Origin: Camelus ferus
Lineage: Eukaryota
Reading direction: 5' to 3'
Assembly (NCBI RefSeq): GCF_009834535.1
Contig: NC_045697.1
Span: 44,704,001 to 44,768,000 of the forward strand
Length of the DNA: 64,000 nucleotides
Shown: positions 24,261 through 36,880 of the stretch, in pieces
How positions within the stretch are numbered: position 1 is the first letter of the stretch
Layout of the letters: every line of letters begins with the position of its first letter
The notes under the pieces: generated by a model
The model's input: the letters and a program-made list of their open reading frames with translations, nothing else
Database searches by the model: none
What the model was told of the DNA's origin: nothing
Made by a program: the position numbers and the translations under genes

Positions 24261-26934
24261 CATCACTGGTCCTGTGATGAAGAGGACAGAAACATAAGGT
24301 GTATACTTGGCATCCTGGGCAAGCAGGGACCTGCTGGCCAGTGGGCTATTCGGGATGGTATGAATGATAAAGAAGAGAAATGCTTCTGTTTGAAAGATAG
24401 AGAAGGAAATATGAAGCAGTCATAATTTACAGCTAGAACTTTGACCCTTGTGTGATAACCCCTGGGATCTCTTTGTATCCAGAGGTTTCCTTAGGGAATA
24501 ATGCACTTTTTGATAACTAAACTTGAACTAAGTTTATGAATGAAATTCTATCAACATGGGGGAAGGAATGCAGATAGCGGTGACAGAAGGCAAATTGCAG
24601 GGAAGGACTGCTGGACCAGACTCAGAAAGAGGGTCTCAGAGTATAGGATTATAGATTGAAGAAACATATAGTGGCTATTGTTTGAATTCACTCCCTATTC
24701 CCTCTGTCCCCCTGAGTCTACCCTGTGCCAGGAAAAAGAGTCTGACATACAATGACTCAAGCAACCTTGTTATGGGGCCATTTCCGAGAGTAGAACTCAG
24801 AGGAGGGAGCCTTTTCAATGCAAGGGGAGCACTGATGGTCTGGCAGGAGCAGAACAGACACCCAGACAACCTGCAGCCAGCACGGTCTGATAGGTGTTTG
24901 GACTGGTTTGAGAGCTCATATGATGTAATTTCCTCCAGAGGACACCTACTGATACCAAAGGAGGAAGGGATCCTTGGAAAAGAATCTGATGTGCTCAGAA
25001 TGGGGATGGAATTATGTAGCTAGCAAAACTGGGATATAAGTGATAAGGTGACTTCATTTGTAACCACATTTGGGTACATAAAACTGGCCCCATATTATCT
25101 TGTCAATTTCCTTCTTTCCTATTCCATTTTTGAATTAGGGTAGGCCTTTTGTGAAATCTAACCCCCAAGCCATTTTTTTTTTGGCCCAACAAGCTTATTC
25201 TTGATATTTATTTTAACCAAATTTCATGTGTGTTAAAATGTATTGTGTGTCTGTTAAGAGAAGGTGGGGTAGTGTGGGAGAGGTCAGACCACATGCATAG
25301 CCACACACAGACAGAAAGACACAAAGACATACAGTGACTTGATCCTGGAATGGCCATGGTGATTGAACCACATCATAATCAGTGGTTAAAATGAATCCAG
25401 AAATCTCACTGATTTTACTTACCAACTTTGCTCCAAAACCTTAAATGTGCTTATGTATGTGAAACCAAGCTCATGGGCCACTTCTCAAGGGTTAACAGAT
25501 TGAACTTCCTTGCCTTTTGAGTTTCCCTTTTGCCTCCTTCCTCTCCTCTAGTTTAGGGAAGTCCTTTCTAAGAGTCTGTGACATAGCTGTGTGCAATTTT
25601 CATTTTTTCCATCTCACTCTGCAAATAGAAACTGATTTCATTTTTTTCTCATGTATAAAGAAATAGTGCATCTGATTTCACAGGCCAGAAAAAAATGATT
25701 GGAAAGCATCCAGCCAGGCCCTAGGGAAGCCCCTAAAATTATTCTCTACCTTATGGACTGTCCAGATTGTTTGTGTGTGTGGCTGGGGAAGATGAGGGCA
25801 GGGAAGAGGGATTTGGGAAATAAAATTTTCTTGTGCCCAGATGCTGTGAGTGAGTCAGATGGCTGGGTGAGTACCCTGATGCCGACTTTTAGGAGTCCAT
25901 TTGCTCAGTGCCAGGTTGGATGTCCAAGCAGCTGGGTGGACCCTTGGGGGTTCCCAGTTAATGTAGCTCCCTGTCTCTGCATGTTGTGTGGACTTCCCTT
26001 ATGTGCGACAACTTCTTGGATAGGTAGAGAGACTTTACTTGGCTTACCTTGGATTACATCTTTGATTTGGAATTACTGCACGTTAGAATGACCAAGAAGT
26101 CTGCCCTCACCTAGCAGAGTTGATGGATAAGAGACAATAATAGCAGCTCTTTAGAATTCACCAAAACACCTCACATACATAATTTTATTAGAAATGGAGA
26201 AACAGTAGGGGGTTATTTTACTCTAGTTACAGATGGAAAAACAAAGGAACAGGGAATTGAGAAATATTAGCTATTGGTAAATAGCTTGGGTTTAAAATTG
26301 TCCAATAGCCTTGCAGATAATAAAAATTATTTATCACCTTTTCCTATATATGTCATTCTCAATAGAATTTAGAAGATAGCACTATAAAAACACCATCAAT
26401 TGAAATCACGAATTATGAAATGCTTTGAAAATCATAAAACAGTGCAAAAAATTTGAGGTATCTTGTCCTTAAATACAGTTTGGAATAATACAAGGTATAC
26501 CTAAATGCCGTAAAATATTAGTAGTGTTATTTAAATGAAAAATTCCATTATTAGTAAAGGTCCTTCCCATTTCTGGCCTTGCAGATGAACATGATAACAA
26601 ATGGGAGCAGCTTTGATGATCTGTTTCCGAAATTATTTCCAAGGCCTTCTTTGTCCCACAAAATTAGCATAAATCCCACCTGCCATCTCAAACCATCCCC
26701 ATCTCTTCCTTCAAGTTCCTTAATCACTAGATGAAGAGCTCCCAAGCCAAGATCTGTAGAGAACAAATTGGTTTTTCTCTCTAGACAAACTATTCCTGAG
26801 GTACAATATGTTGGAGTGATTGCCCAGGATTTTATGTCACATGGGGTCTCCTTGCTGCTGGTGGAGAGAATAATCAACAAACTTTTGGCACAGTGCTTTG
26901 AGATTTTGAAGCACTTTGATTGAGTCCTCTTAAA

Positions 26935-27065
26935 GAGCTTTGAAGCACTATCATCCTCACTTGACAGATTAGAAGCCGAGGTTCAGAGAGATAAAGTGAA
27001 TGTGAATGTGCCAAGATAACCATCACCAGGAAACCATGGAGCTAAGACTTCAACTCCACTCTTTG
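26935..27065 (-). mobile_element. MIR fragment
   Basis: catcctcacttgacagattagaagccgaggttcagagagataaagtga. Confidence 0.65.
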
Positions 27066-27259
27066 TAGGGCAATCTAGGTGTTAACTGTGATGCCCTCAC
27101 CAGTGTAAGGAAGCATCCAAGACTCATATACATTAATCATCTCTGTAATGACTCTTCCACCATCAAGGCAAAGGCATGGCCCTTCTCACTCCCTGTATCT
27201 TTGTTGATACTAAAGGCTTCCATTAATGATTATCTTCTAGAATTTGTGCTAAATCTCTA

Positions 27260-27430
27260 CTTTCACTTGTCACATTATTATGTGACCACAGACAAGTTAC
27301 TTACCTTCTCTAAGCTTCAGTTTCTTCATCTGTAAAAACAAAGATGGTGGTTATTATGAGGATTAAATGAGAAAACATGTGTAAAGTATTAAGCACTCTG
27401 CCTGGAACATAATTAACATTTGATGTTACC
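27260..27430 (+). mobile_element. MIR SINE
   Basis: tgtgaccacagacaagttacttaccttctctaagcttcagtttcttcatctgtaaaa...gaggattaaatgaga. Confidence 0.85.
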
Positions 27431-27754
27431 TTTCTTCTGCTTATTTTAAAAAATTTTCCACTTCGTGGTTGGGCTTGATTTACATTTTAGCCTAGTTCTT
27501 CCTGTATTAATGTTTTGGAGGTCAGGTGAATATTGAGTGGGCATGTGATGAGAGTGGGAACGGCCCAAGAGAAGGCACCTACTGTATATTTTCTTCTTGG
27601 CTCACGTGAAAACCAAATAAGATTCCATAGCACTAGTGGTGATAAAAGATTGGTTTGATGATTTTTTCTGGGTAAGTAAACTGGTGTTTACTTTTCTTTC
27701 TGCAGTGTCTTGCCTATCACATACTCTGCTATGTTGATTACTCATTGAACAAGT

Positions 27755-27884
27755 TTTTTTTTTTTTTCTGGTGTGGGAGGTGATTAGGTTTATTTATTAA
27801 TTTTTAGAGGAGGTACTGGGGATTGAACCCTGGACCTTGTGCATGCTAAGCATGCGCTCTGCCACTTGAGCTATACCCTCCCCC
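27755..27884 (-). mobile_element. tRNA-derived camelid SINE (Vic-1-like), young, with TSD
   Basis: Minus strand GGGGGAGGGTATAGCTCAAGTGGCAGAGCGCATGCTTAGCATGCACAAGGTCCAGGGTTCAATCCCCAGTACCTCC has A and B boxes; TSD ttgaacaagt at 27745-27754 and 27885-27894. Confidence 0.93.
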
Positions 27885-28329
27885 TTGAACAAGTATTTTT
27901 TAAATTCCAAGTATATGCCCTATTCATGTGGTTCCTTACAAAAGGAACAAGACATAGTCTCTTCCCCAAGTTCACGTGAAGAGATTTAATTTCTAAGCAC
28001 AAAAACAGAGGACTATTCTGAGCTGATGCCTGGTAGGAAGCTACTATGCCTATTCCAGTGAAAAGATTTTATAGGCTCTTTCCCCAGAATCCTTCCAAGT
28101 GCTGTGACAACCATTTAAAATATTTTCCAAAAGAAGAAGTTGACTTTAGAAGAAATTCTGTTTTTCCAGATTGGTATTATAAATAGGCAGAATAAGTTAT
28201 CCTTTGTGGTTTACCACTTTCCAAGACACAAGAAATGGTGGTGGAAAGGTGGGATTATGTCTGAGGTCACATCAGATGTAAAACCTTTTTAAAACTATAC
28301 CTCTTTATTGGATTTTCAGATTTTGTTTC

Positions 28330-28460
28330 ATAGTGCCTTAGGCAAATTACTTTCCTCATATGTAAAATGTTCTAAACAAAAATATCTCACTGGGCTTCCA
28401 TGCAGATTTCATGAAATATGATGTGAAAGCACTTAGCATAGGCCTTGGCACATGTTAGCA
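28330..28460 (+). mobile_element. MIR fragment
   Basis: ccttaggcaaattactttcctcatatgtaaaatg...gtgaaagcacttagcataggccttggcacat. Confidence 0.7.
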
Positions 28461-29099
28461 AGTTAGCAGTATTTTAGTATCCAGTTAGCAATCTTTTTCT
28501 TTTTACATTGATGAATATGCTCTTTGTCTTTTCTAGACCAGAGGTTTGAATTAAGTCCTCCTTTTGAAGCCTCTCCTCCTGTTATCCACTTTTATTTTGG
28601 AACATTTCAGTATTGTCTACAGCTCAGCATGGCTCTACATAGCCCATCAAAGAGTTAATAATGCTGTGCTTCAACCTTTCCAGTTTGCTAGAGCTACTTA
28701 ATCAGGGAAATCATTGTGGCTCTTTTTGTGCAACTCATTGATGTCCAAAGCAACTAATTAGAGAGAGGGAATATAGAAAATCAATCTTTACTAACATTGA
28801 CATTTCTTCCACTTTAAGCAATTGGTTTGCTTACATTCTTTGTGAAAACCTGTTGAGATCTAAAATTACCCTTGATGACTACATTAGAGGGTTCTAATAG
28901 GTTCTTGGTGTTAGAATAAAGATTTTCTGAACATTAAATACATAGCCAGGGTTTGGAAGGGATCCAGCATATTACAGGAACTCACTAGACAGTAGTTTGT
29001 ACCACGACAACATTAAAGAACCTTTAAGCAAAGATGGGACTATAATTCTGTGAGTCTAGCCTACTTAGAGAAAACAGGATTGTGTTAGATCTGTTTCTC

Positions 29100-29545
29100 T
29101 TTGCACCTTTAGTTCTTGATCTTTCTCCAGGAAGTTAAGCTGTATGAAATACATCTACAGAGTTGGTTTAGCCTCAGCATCTAATTGACTTTGACCAGTG
29201 GGGGACATTGGTTAGAGACTGTAGGGAGTGGAGATTGTGAAGGCAAGATGTTTATTACCCTGACTTGCTATTTGCAAGTCACCTTGATCTGGCTGTGCCT
29301 AAGATCACAGCTCCTATTTAAGGTGGTCCTCTCCATGTAGCCTGCCTGCCTCTAACTTCTGTGACTCTCCTTTTTCTTGCTACTTTAATGGGGGGTAATT
29401 GGGCATGCTTCTAGCCCCAAGACATTGTACCATGCCTAATGGTTTTCTTATACCCTTCTAGCATCTTTGTAAAATTTTACTGAACTTTCCTTACATTACC
29501 CAATTTGAGTATGTCATCTGAGTCCTACTAGAACCCTGAATGATT
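29100..29545 (+). mobile_element. LTR33-like ERVL LTR
   Basis: ttgaccagtgggggacattggttagagactgtagggag...tttattaccctg...acattacccaatttgagtatgtcatctg...agaaccctgaatgat. Confidence 0.65.
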
Positions 29546-29759
29546 GAGGAACAACAGCAACTTCCTCTTGAAAGATCACTGTATGAATTACTGGTCTGTA
29601 AAAAATTCTGCCAATTCACAAAAATGGTGTGTGCCTCATTACATATTCAGGTCAAAGTGGGTGAATTCACAAGAATGATATATAAGATGTGGCTTTTGTT
29701 GGTTGTGACTGTGGTTACATGGAATGTCATTTGGGTTGAATGAGATATTAGAGTGTCAG

Positions 29760-29950
29760 TAAATGCCAGAATCTTAAAAGAGTAGAGCCTTTAGAGATGG
29801 AGTGGGAGGCTGAATGCATTGCATCTCAACTTTGTAACTTGCAGGTGAGGAATCTGAATGGCCAAGAAGTTAAATGAGTTGCCCAAGGTCAGATGATTAT
29901 AGTGTGTGAACCACGTCTTGTGTCTCTAAGGTTAGTAGTTGTTTTAGTGC
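29760..29950 (-). mobile_element. MIR fragment
   Basis: ttgcaggtgaggaatctgaatggccaagaagttaaatgagttgcccaaggtca. Confidence 0.7.
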
Positions 29951-32900
29951 TCCAAACTGTGGAAAACAGTTAAATTTAGTTTCCATGAAGCAGAATACTT
30001 TGTTCAGCTTGCAATGAACTAGAAATGTGCTTGAGCACGGTGTTGTGAGTTTTGATTTGTCTTTAACCAGGAAATTAAGTGCAAGAGAAGAATTTCAGTT
30101 TATAATAATTCGTCTGTCACATCAGTTTAGCCAAATAGAATAATGTAACAATGATGTTAACATTGTTTTAGAATTGGTCTATTGGTAAGGGAATTTTTTT
30201 GCTTTATAGCACTTTTAGTTTCAGAAAATATAATTTATACTTGTACTGAGTGATGGATTATAAAAATGCTCAGAAAACAGTCCTAATCCCTGTATGTATT
30301 TCATTATCAAAAGAGTTTTTGGGGTGCTGATCTCTCCTCACTGTTTCATGCTAGAAAATATTTGATTTTCTATTTTGTATGTGGAGTGTATACCCTGAGA
30401 ATTGATGTAGTTGTTATATGAAAGGTGTCAGTGTTTCTGCCCTTAAGATAATAACAACCTAATGCTGTTTTATGGGTAGAGAGGATAGAGGTATATGCAA
30501 GGTATATGGGATAGAGATTATATCCAAATGGGAAAATAAACAGGATAAATTTCCTGCTTAAGTCAACTGTTGGGAAGAGCTGCAAGATAACCCCTTCAAT
30601 TAAAGTGTAAGCCCCTGAAATCACAGGTAAAAACTTACATTTCTTCCATAGTCTCTTCTGCCTCTTTTCGTGGTGAGCAGAAAGAATGATAATTACTTAG
30701 TAAATATTTGACAAATAAATAAGTGAAACAATGATAGCTGTTCTTGTAGCATTTCAGGAGTAAGAAAGGGAGTTTGGTCTAATCTGTTGTTTTATCTAGT
30801 TCGTAATTGCTAGGCTAGGTGGCTCACACATTGGGAGTATTACTTTGGTATATACATTGTGTATGTGTGCCATTACTTTTTTTTTTTCTGTTTAGGTTTG
30901 CATATAGAAAATTGGATTGTTAATTCAATCTTATCTTTTTAATAAATTAAAAAGTGAAACTGTTTAGGTAAACAAATCAATAATAGGTTGATTTAAATCA
31001 ATTTTTACTATGAGACATCAATTTTCTTATACATAAAACCTAGAAAATTAATAAATATAAGCTGTTTATTGGCTTCAGTTTTTGTTCTTTGATCCGTAAA
31101 AAGTGACTCACATCAGCTAGAGATGTTAGTTTTCCTTGTACCTCTGTAGTGTGCTAGGATGATCTTTGCTTTGAATCTGCTTTCCTGGATAATGCTACAC
31201 ATTGCTATATTACATGCATATTTTAGAATTTCGAACTATTGGTTTTGTCCCTGTGTGGTGCAAATACATGCCATTCCCTTTAAAACATCATAAATTGGTC
31301 CTTTTTTTTTATATCAATATTGGCTTAATTATCTTTTGAATGGTAGAACTTTCAGAGAAACAGTTCTGTTGAAAAGATAGCGATCATCTATATGCTTACC
31401 CATATGTAAAAATTATATTTTGATAATGACATTTCCTCCAAACAGAAAGTTAAGTAGAAATTTACACCATAGTCTATGGGGTGAGTACTCAGCATTCCTT
31501 ATTGCTCTTCCTATCAAATTAGTTCTCATTTGACTCCAAGGTGGAGGAATACAAATCTGCAGGTTGCAGACCTCAGACTGGGCCATATCTGTGAGTAGGG
31601 GGGAGTGTCTGTATGCATATATCTGTCTCTTTTTCCTTCTTCCTGTCTTCCTTGTAAAATAGTAAGGACCAGGGATACTTTGCACTTAAAAAATGCACAG
31701 CTAACTACCCCCTCTTTCCCTCCCCCCCTTTTCTTTCTTTTTCTTCTGTATTGTGAAAGTAGAAAGCTGTTCCTCAGAAGAGGTCCAGCAAACTTTCTTG
31801 CTCTCTCTGAATTCACTCTCTTCATTCCACACTGTAACAAATATTGAGTTACTGTCCTAGCAAGCAGCTCAACATTAGCAGTGAGAAGAACTGTGTTTAT
31901 TTCTTCACTGTTGTGTCTCCTGCATATAACAATGTTTCCCAAATAACAGGCTTGTAGAATTAATACACATATAAATAAATTCATAAAACCATACCATACC
32001 TTTTTCCACAGACCTTCTTCTTTCCCTATCACCAAGGAAACTTGAAAAATTTCTGCTATATAAATGTAAATACTTAAGGATATAAGATACCTTTCCGATG
32101 AACTCCTTTCCCCTTTTTCTTTGGCCTTGAGGACTTACATATTTGACTTTCCTTTAGCCTGACTTCATTTGCTTTCAAATATTGAGATGAATAGACAGAG
32201 ACATTAGAATGTGATTTTGCCCATCTTTGGGGAAGGCCCTGGACCTTAAAATGTCTTAGGATGACTTTGGTTGTAAATTCTAAGATATATTATGATAACA
32301 ACTTTAACATTGTTTAAATTGATTAACAATATTTTAATGTGTGTGACATTTTTAGTTGATATAGTCGAAACTGTTCATTATTTTTAAGTTACTAGGATTT
32401 AATTGAAGAACATAAAATTTAATATACTTTTACTTCACATTTTTGTTAATTTTTTGTGTGTTTATTTATGCCTTTTGAAGCATTTTTTGGTGTAAGTCTT
32501 TAATCACTATTAATTGGAACACTTGTGTAATAAATACAGATTTTCTTCACAAGGCAAGTTGTTTCTGCTATATTCCAAAATGTTCATAATTTTGAAAGGT
32601 GGTTATAAAAAAATCAAAATGAAAAAATTTTCTTATTATCATAAACACCATATTAACTTGAAATATTAAAACCATTTGTGCACTTTTGCTGCATTGAGTT
32701 TTAAAACAACACCATTGGTTTTTTCTGCTGGAGTCTGTGACCTTGTCTTACTTGTAACTGTCCATGGTGCTGAAAGCATTCTGTCTTGTTAGACATAGTT
32801 ACAAAATGATGGGAACGTGAGAAATTTTCAGACTAATGCCCCCATATTCAGTGAAGAATTATAGAGAGGTGAACTTACTTACCTAATTTGATATAATTTA

Positions 32901-33767
32901 TAGTGGCTGATCAGGACAAGAATCCATGTGTTTTTTTCTACCTCGCGAGGCTGGCAAACCTGTCTTCAAACCTAGAGGACCCCGTAGAGTTAAATGCACA
33001 AAATGCTAGAGTTCAATTTGAAAGAGCAGTTTCTGCATTGTGAGTCTTAATAAACCTTTTGGATACAGAAAATATATAGTTTTTTTTCTTGTTCGGTACA
33101 CTGATGAGATTTCATCAGCTTGTAACAACTCTAATGGTGAGAGCTATAAACCCATTTGGAAAAAAATTTTTTAAAATTCTGAATCATTTCTCACATTTGA
33201 GTCTTTTGAAAGTGTTCTTAAAATTCTAACTGACTTGGAGTACTTTCCAGATATGAACAATTACCTCATTATCTTAGGACTAACTATTTAAATTCAGTGT
33301 CCACTCACGGTTTAAAAAAAAACTTTGGGGAAAGATAGCAAGACATAGAAGAATAAATCTTGAGACTTCTAAGTAAAAATTCTGAGATAGAATATGAGCC
33401 ACCCTTATGAATCATGTTTAGAAAAATTTTATCTGGTGAAGGTTTTATTTCCCTTCCTAATAGTTTGAGATGCTACTTAGTTTGTTCTTGCACATTGCAT
33501 TACTAATTTTATTTTTCCCATTATTTTTGTCTTGGTTTGACTGTCTTTTGGAAGGATTTGAAATCTGTTTTGGTACCTCTGTTGAAAAATTAATAAGATT
33601 ACTTGTATTTTATTTAGAATATGGGGAAAATTTTAGAACAATTCAGACATTTTGTCTTCCAAATGTAGGGAAAATAGCAAAAAAATCCCTTAATTTAAAC
33701 TTATGTTTTCATTGTATTATGCAAGTGCATACAATTTACTTTTTTGTTTCTTGTTTATAATATTCTT

Positions 33768-34335
33768 CTTTTAAAAATTGAAGTGCATTTGATGTACAAT
33801 ATTATATAAGTTACAAGTGTACAATATAGTGATTCGCAGCTTTTAAAGGTTGTAGTCCACTTATAGTGCTTATAAAATATTGGTTATATTTCCTGTGTTG
33901 TATAATATAATCTTGTAGTTTATTTTATACATAATAGTTTGTATGTCTTAATCCCCTATACTGCCCCTCTCCCTTTTCCTCTCCTCACTGGTAACCACTA
34001 GTTTGTTCTCTGTATTTGTGAGTCTGTTTCTTTTTTGTTATATTCACTAGTTTGTTGTACTTTTTAGATTCCACATATAAGTGATATCATACAGTATTTG
34101 TCTTTCTCTATTGACTTTTTTCACTTAGCATAATACCCTCCAAGTTTATCTGCATTGTTGCAAATGGCAAAATTCCATTCTTTTTATGGCTGAGTAGTAT
34201 TCCATTGTGTGTGTTGTGTGTGTGTGTGTGTGTACCACATCTTTCTTTTATCCATTCATCTGTTGGTAGACACTGAGGTTGCTTCCATTTGTTTGCAATT
34301 GTAAATAATGTTGCTATGAACCTTGGAGTACATCA
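33768..34335 (-). mobile_element. 5'-truncated LINE-1 3' end
   Basis: aaattgaagtgcatttgatgtacaatattatataagttacaagtgtacaatatagtgattc...ttagattccacatataagtgatatcatacagtatttgtc. Confidence 0.92.
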
Positions 34336-34740
34336 TACTCTTTACTCTTAACTGTACTAGAAAAAAATTAATTTATTACATTGTACTGATTTATCCTTCT
34401 TAGCTTGTAATTTAGTTTGTTTAAAAACAAACACTCATTTTATAAAAGCTTTATTGGGATATAATTGATACACAGAATTTTGCTCTGAAAGTGTACAGTT
34501 GCTGCACAGTATACAATTTGATAGATTTTGACATATGCATGCACATGTGAAATTATGATAATTAAGGTAATGAACTTATCCATCATTCCCAAAAGCATCA
34601 TTGTGTCTGTTTATAATCACTTCATCTGTTCCTTACCCCTCACCTGTACCCATAGGCAACCACTGATTTGTCTTCTGTCTTTATGGGTTAGTTTGTATTT
34701 TCCAGGGTTTTGTAACAGTGGAACCATACTGTTTGTACTC

Positions 34741-35152
34741 ATTTTTTTCTGTGGTTTTATCTTGTTCTTTCATGTGGAATATATCTGTTTCTTCATTTTC
34801 CTTGACTCTCTGGGCTTGTTTCTATGCATTAGATGAAAATAGCCACCTCCCCCAGTCTTGAAGGAGTGGCCTTGTAGGAGATAAACTTTATCATTCAACC
34901 TCACCCTAACTCTTGGTCCTCTCTCAAACCTTTGTGATGTCCAAACAGCTTACTTTGTTTTTACTGGCTCCCAGTAGTTGAGGATGTGCCAAGACTTGTC
35001 AGTGTCTCAAAAAGGAAGATCTAGTTAGCATGTAGATTCAGGCTATTTGGAAGCCAAACCCTCAGGCAGCAGCTTTTAAAGTTTGCAAATATACCTCTTT
35101 CAGGGGGAGACTGGAAGATGGGTGTTTCTGCCTGCTCCCTTTGCATTCAGAC
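34741..35152 (-). mobile_element. Nested L1 5'UTR + ORF1-start fragment
   Basis: Minus strand reads MKKQ / IFHMKEQDKTTEK (L1 ORF1p N-terminus-like, one frameshift); flanked by tttgtact at 34732-34739 and 35153-35160. Confidence 0.7.
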
Positions 35153-35569
35153 TTTGTACTTACTTTGTCTTGCTTTTTTCTCATTATTTTGTGATCAAGC
35201 CATGTTATTGTGTGTATCAATAGTTCATTATTTTTCTGAGAGTATTTTTTTGTATAAATATGCCATAACTGGTTTATTTATTCACCTGTTGATAGACATT
35301 TGGATTGTTTACAGTTTTTGGCTTTTACAAATAAAGTTGTTATGAATATTCCTGTGCAAATAGACATATACTTTTATTTCTTGAGTAATACTAGAAGTGG
35401 AATGGCTAGATTATATGGTAGGTGTTCATTTATCGTTTGAGGAATTGCTGAACCGTTTTCCTAATTGGTTGGCCTACTTTACATTTTCATTGGCAGTGTA
35501 TAAGTGTTCCAGTTCCTCCACATCCTTAACTAGCACTTGGTATGGTCAACTTTTTAAATTTTAGCCATT

Positions 35570-36069
35570 TTTTAAAAATTGAAGTATAGTTGATTTACAA
35601 TGTTTCAAGTGTACAGCAAAGTGATTCAGTTATACATATATATTCTTTTTCAGGTTCTTTTCTATTATAGGTTATTAGAAGATATTGAATATAGTTTTGT
35701 GTGCTATACAGTAGGTCCTTGTTGTTTATCTATTTTATACATGGTATCGTGTATCTGTTGATCCCAAACTCCTAATTTATCCCTCCACTGTTAAGTCCGT
35801 ATTGTTTACCTGTTTTATACATATTAGTGTGTTAATCCTAAATTCCTAATTTATCCCTCCCCCCATCTCCTTTGGTAAGTTTGTTTTCTGTGACCATAAA
35901 TTTGAGTCTATTTCTGTTTTGTAAATTCATTTGTAACATTTTTTTAGATTCCACATACGATACTCGTCTTTCTCTGTCTGACTTACTTCACTTAGTATGA
36001 TAATCTCTTGGTTCATTCATATTGCTGCAAATGGCATTATTTTGTTCTTTTTTATGACTGAATAATATT

Positions 36070-36119
<50 letters not shown>

Positions 36120-36178
36120 TGTGTGTCTGTGTGTCTGTGTGTCTCAAATCTTCTTTATCCATTCTTCTGTTGATGGAC
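35570..36178 (-). mobile_element. Nested younger LINE-1 3' end with (GT)n and 10-bp TSD
   Basis: aaattgaagtatagttgatttacaatgtttc...; TSD tttagccatt at 35560-35569 and 36179-36188; (GT)n at ~36072-36140. Confidence 0.9.
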
Positions 36179-36783
36179 TTTAGCCATTCTAATAGGTGTG
36201 TAGAGGTTATTTCATTTTGGCTTTAATTTATGTTTGCCTAATGACTAATGATGTTGAACATCTTATCATGGATTTATTTGACATTCATATATCTTCTTTG
36301 GTGAAATGTCTATTCAAATAATTTGCCCATTTTGATTTTTTTTATTACTGAATTTTGAGAGTTCTTTATTCTGGTTACAAGTACTTTATCAGATAAATGA
36401 TTTGCAAGTATTTTCTTCTAGTCGGTTCCTTATTTTTTTTATCCTCTTAACAGTATCTTGTGATAAGAAATTTTAAATTTTTATGAAGCTCAATTTACCA
36501 TTTTTCCTTTTGTTGATCATGCACTGATATCATAGCTATGAAATATTTATTTAATCCAAGGTCATAAAGGTTTTTTCCTATATATTCTCATGGAAATTTC
36601 CCAGTTTTACGTTTTATATTTAGGTCATCTATCCATTTTGAATTAATTGTTGCACATAGTTAGAGGTATGAATCAAAGCTTTTGTGTATGTGTGTACAGA
36701 TGCAAAATTATTCCTAACACTTGTTGAAAAAATGATCCTTTCTCCACCAAATTGCCTTTTTATATTTGTCAAAAATCAGTTGT

Positions 36784-36880
36784 CTTGAGAACTCTGTGTA
36801 CTTTCTACTCAATTTTGCTGTGAACCTAAATCTGCTCTAAAAAATAGTCTAGAAAAAAAGAAAAGAGCAGCAAAAGCAAA
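36784..36880 (+). mobile_element. ~100-bp L1 3' tip inserted opposite to its host, 14-bp TSD
   Basis: gaactctgtgtactttctactcaattttgctgtgaacctaaatctgctctaaaaaatagtct plus A-rich tail; TSD caaaaatcagttgt at 36770-36783 and 36881-36894. Confidence 0.88.

Noticed and set aside
27805..27884. Possible tRNA-Ala gene
   Set aside because: Has a SINE body, poly-A tail and TSD, so it is a SINE.
27690..30900. Strong-looking acceptors at ~27705 (cttttctttctgcag) and ~30895 (T-run ctgtttag)
   Set aside because: No convincing donor or reading frame follows; such sites are common in T-rich introns.
31526..32035. 169-aa minus-strand ORF
   Set aside because: No recognisable domain or exon structure; includes low-complexity purine tracts.
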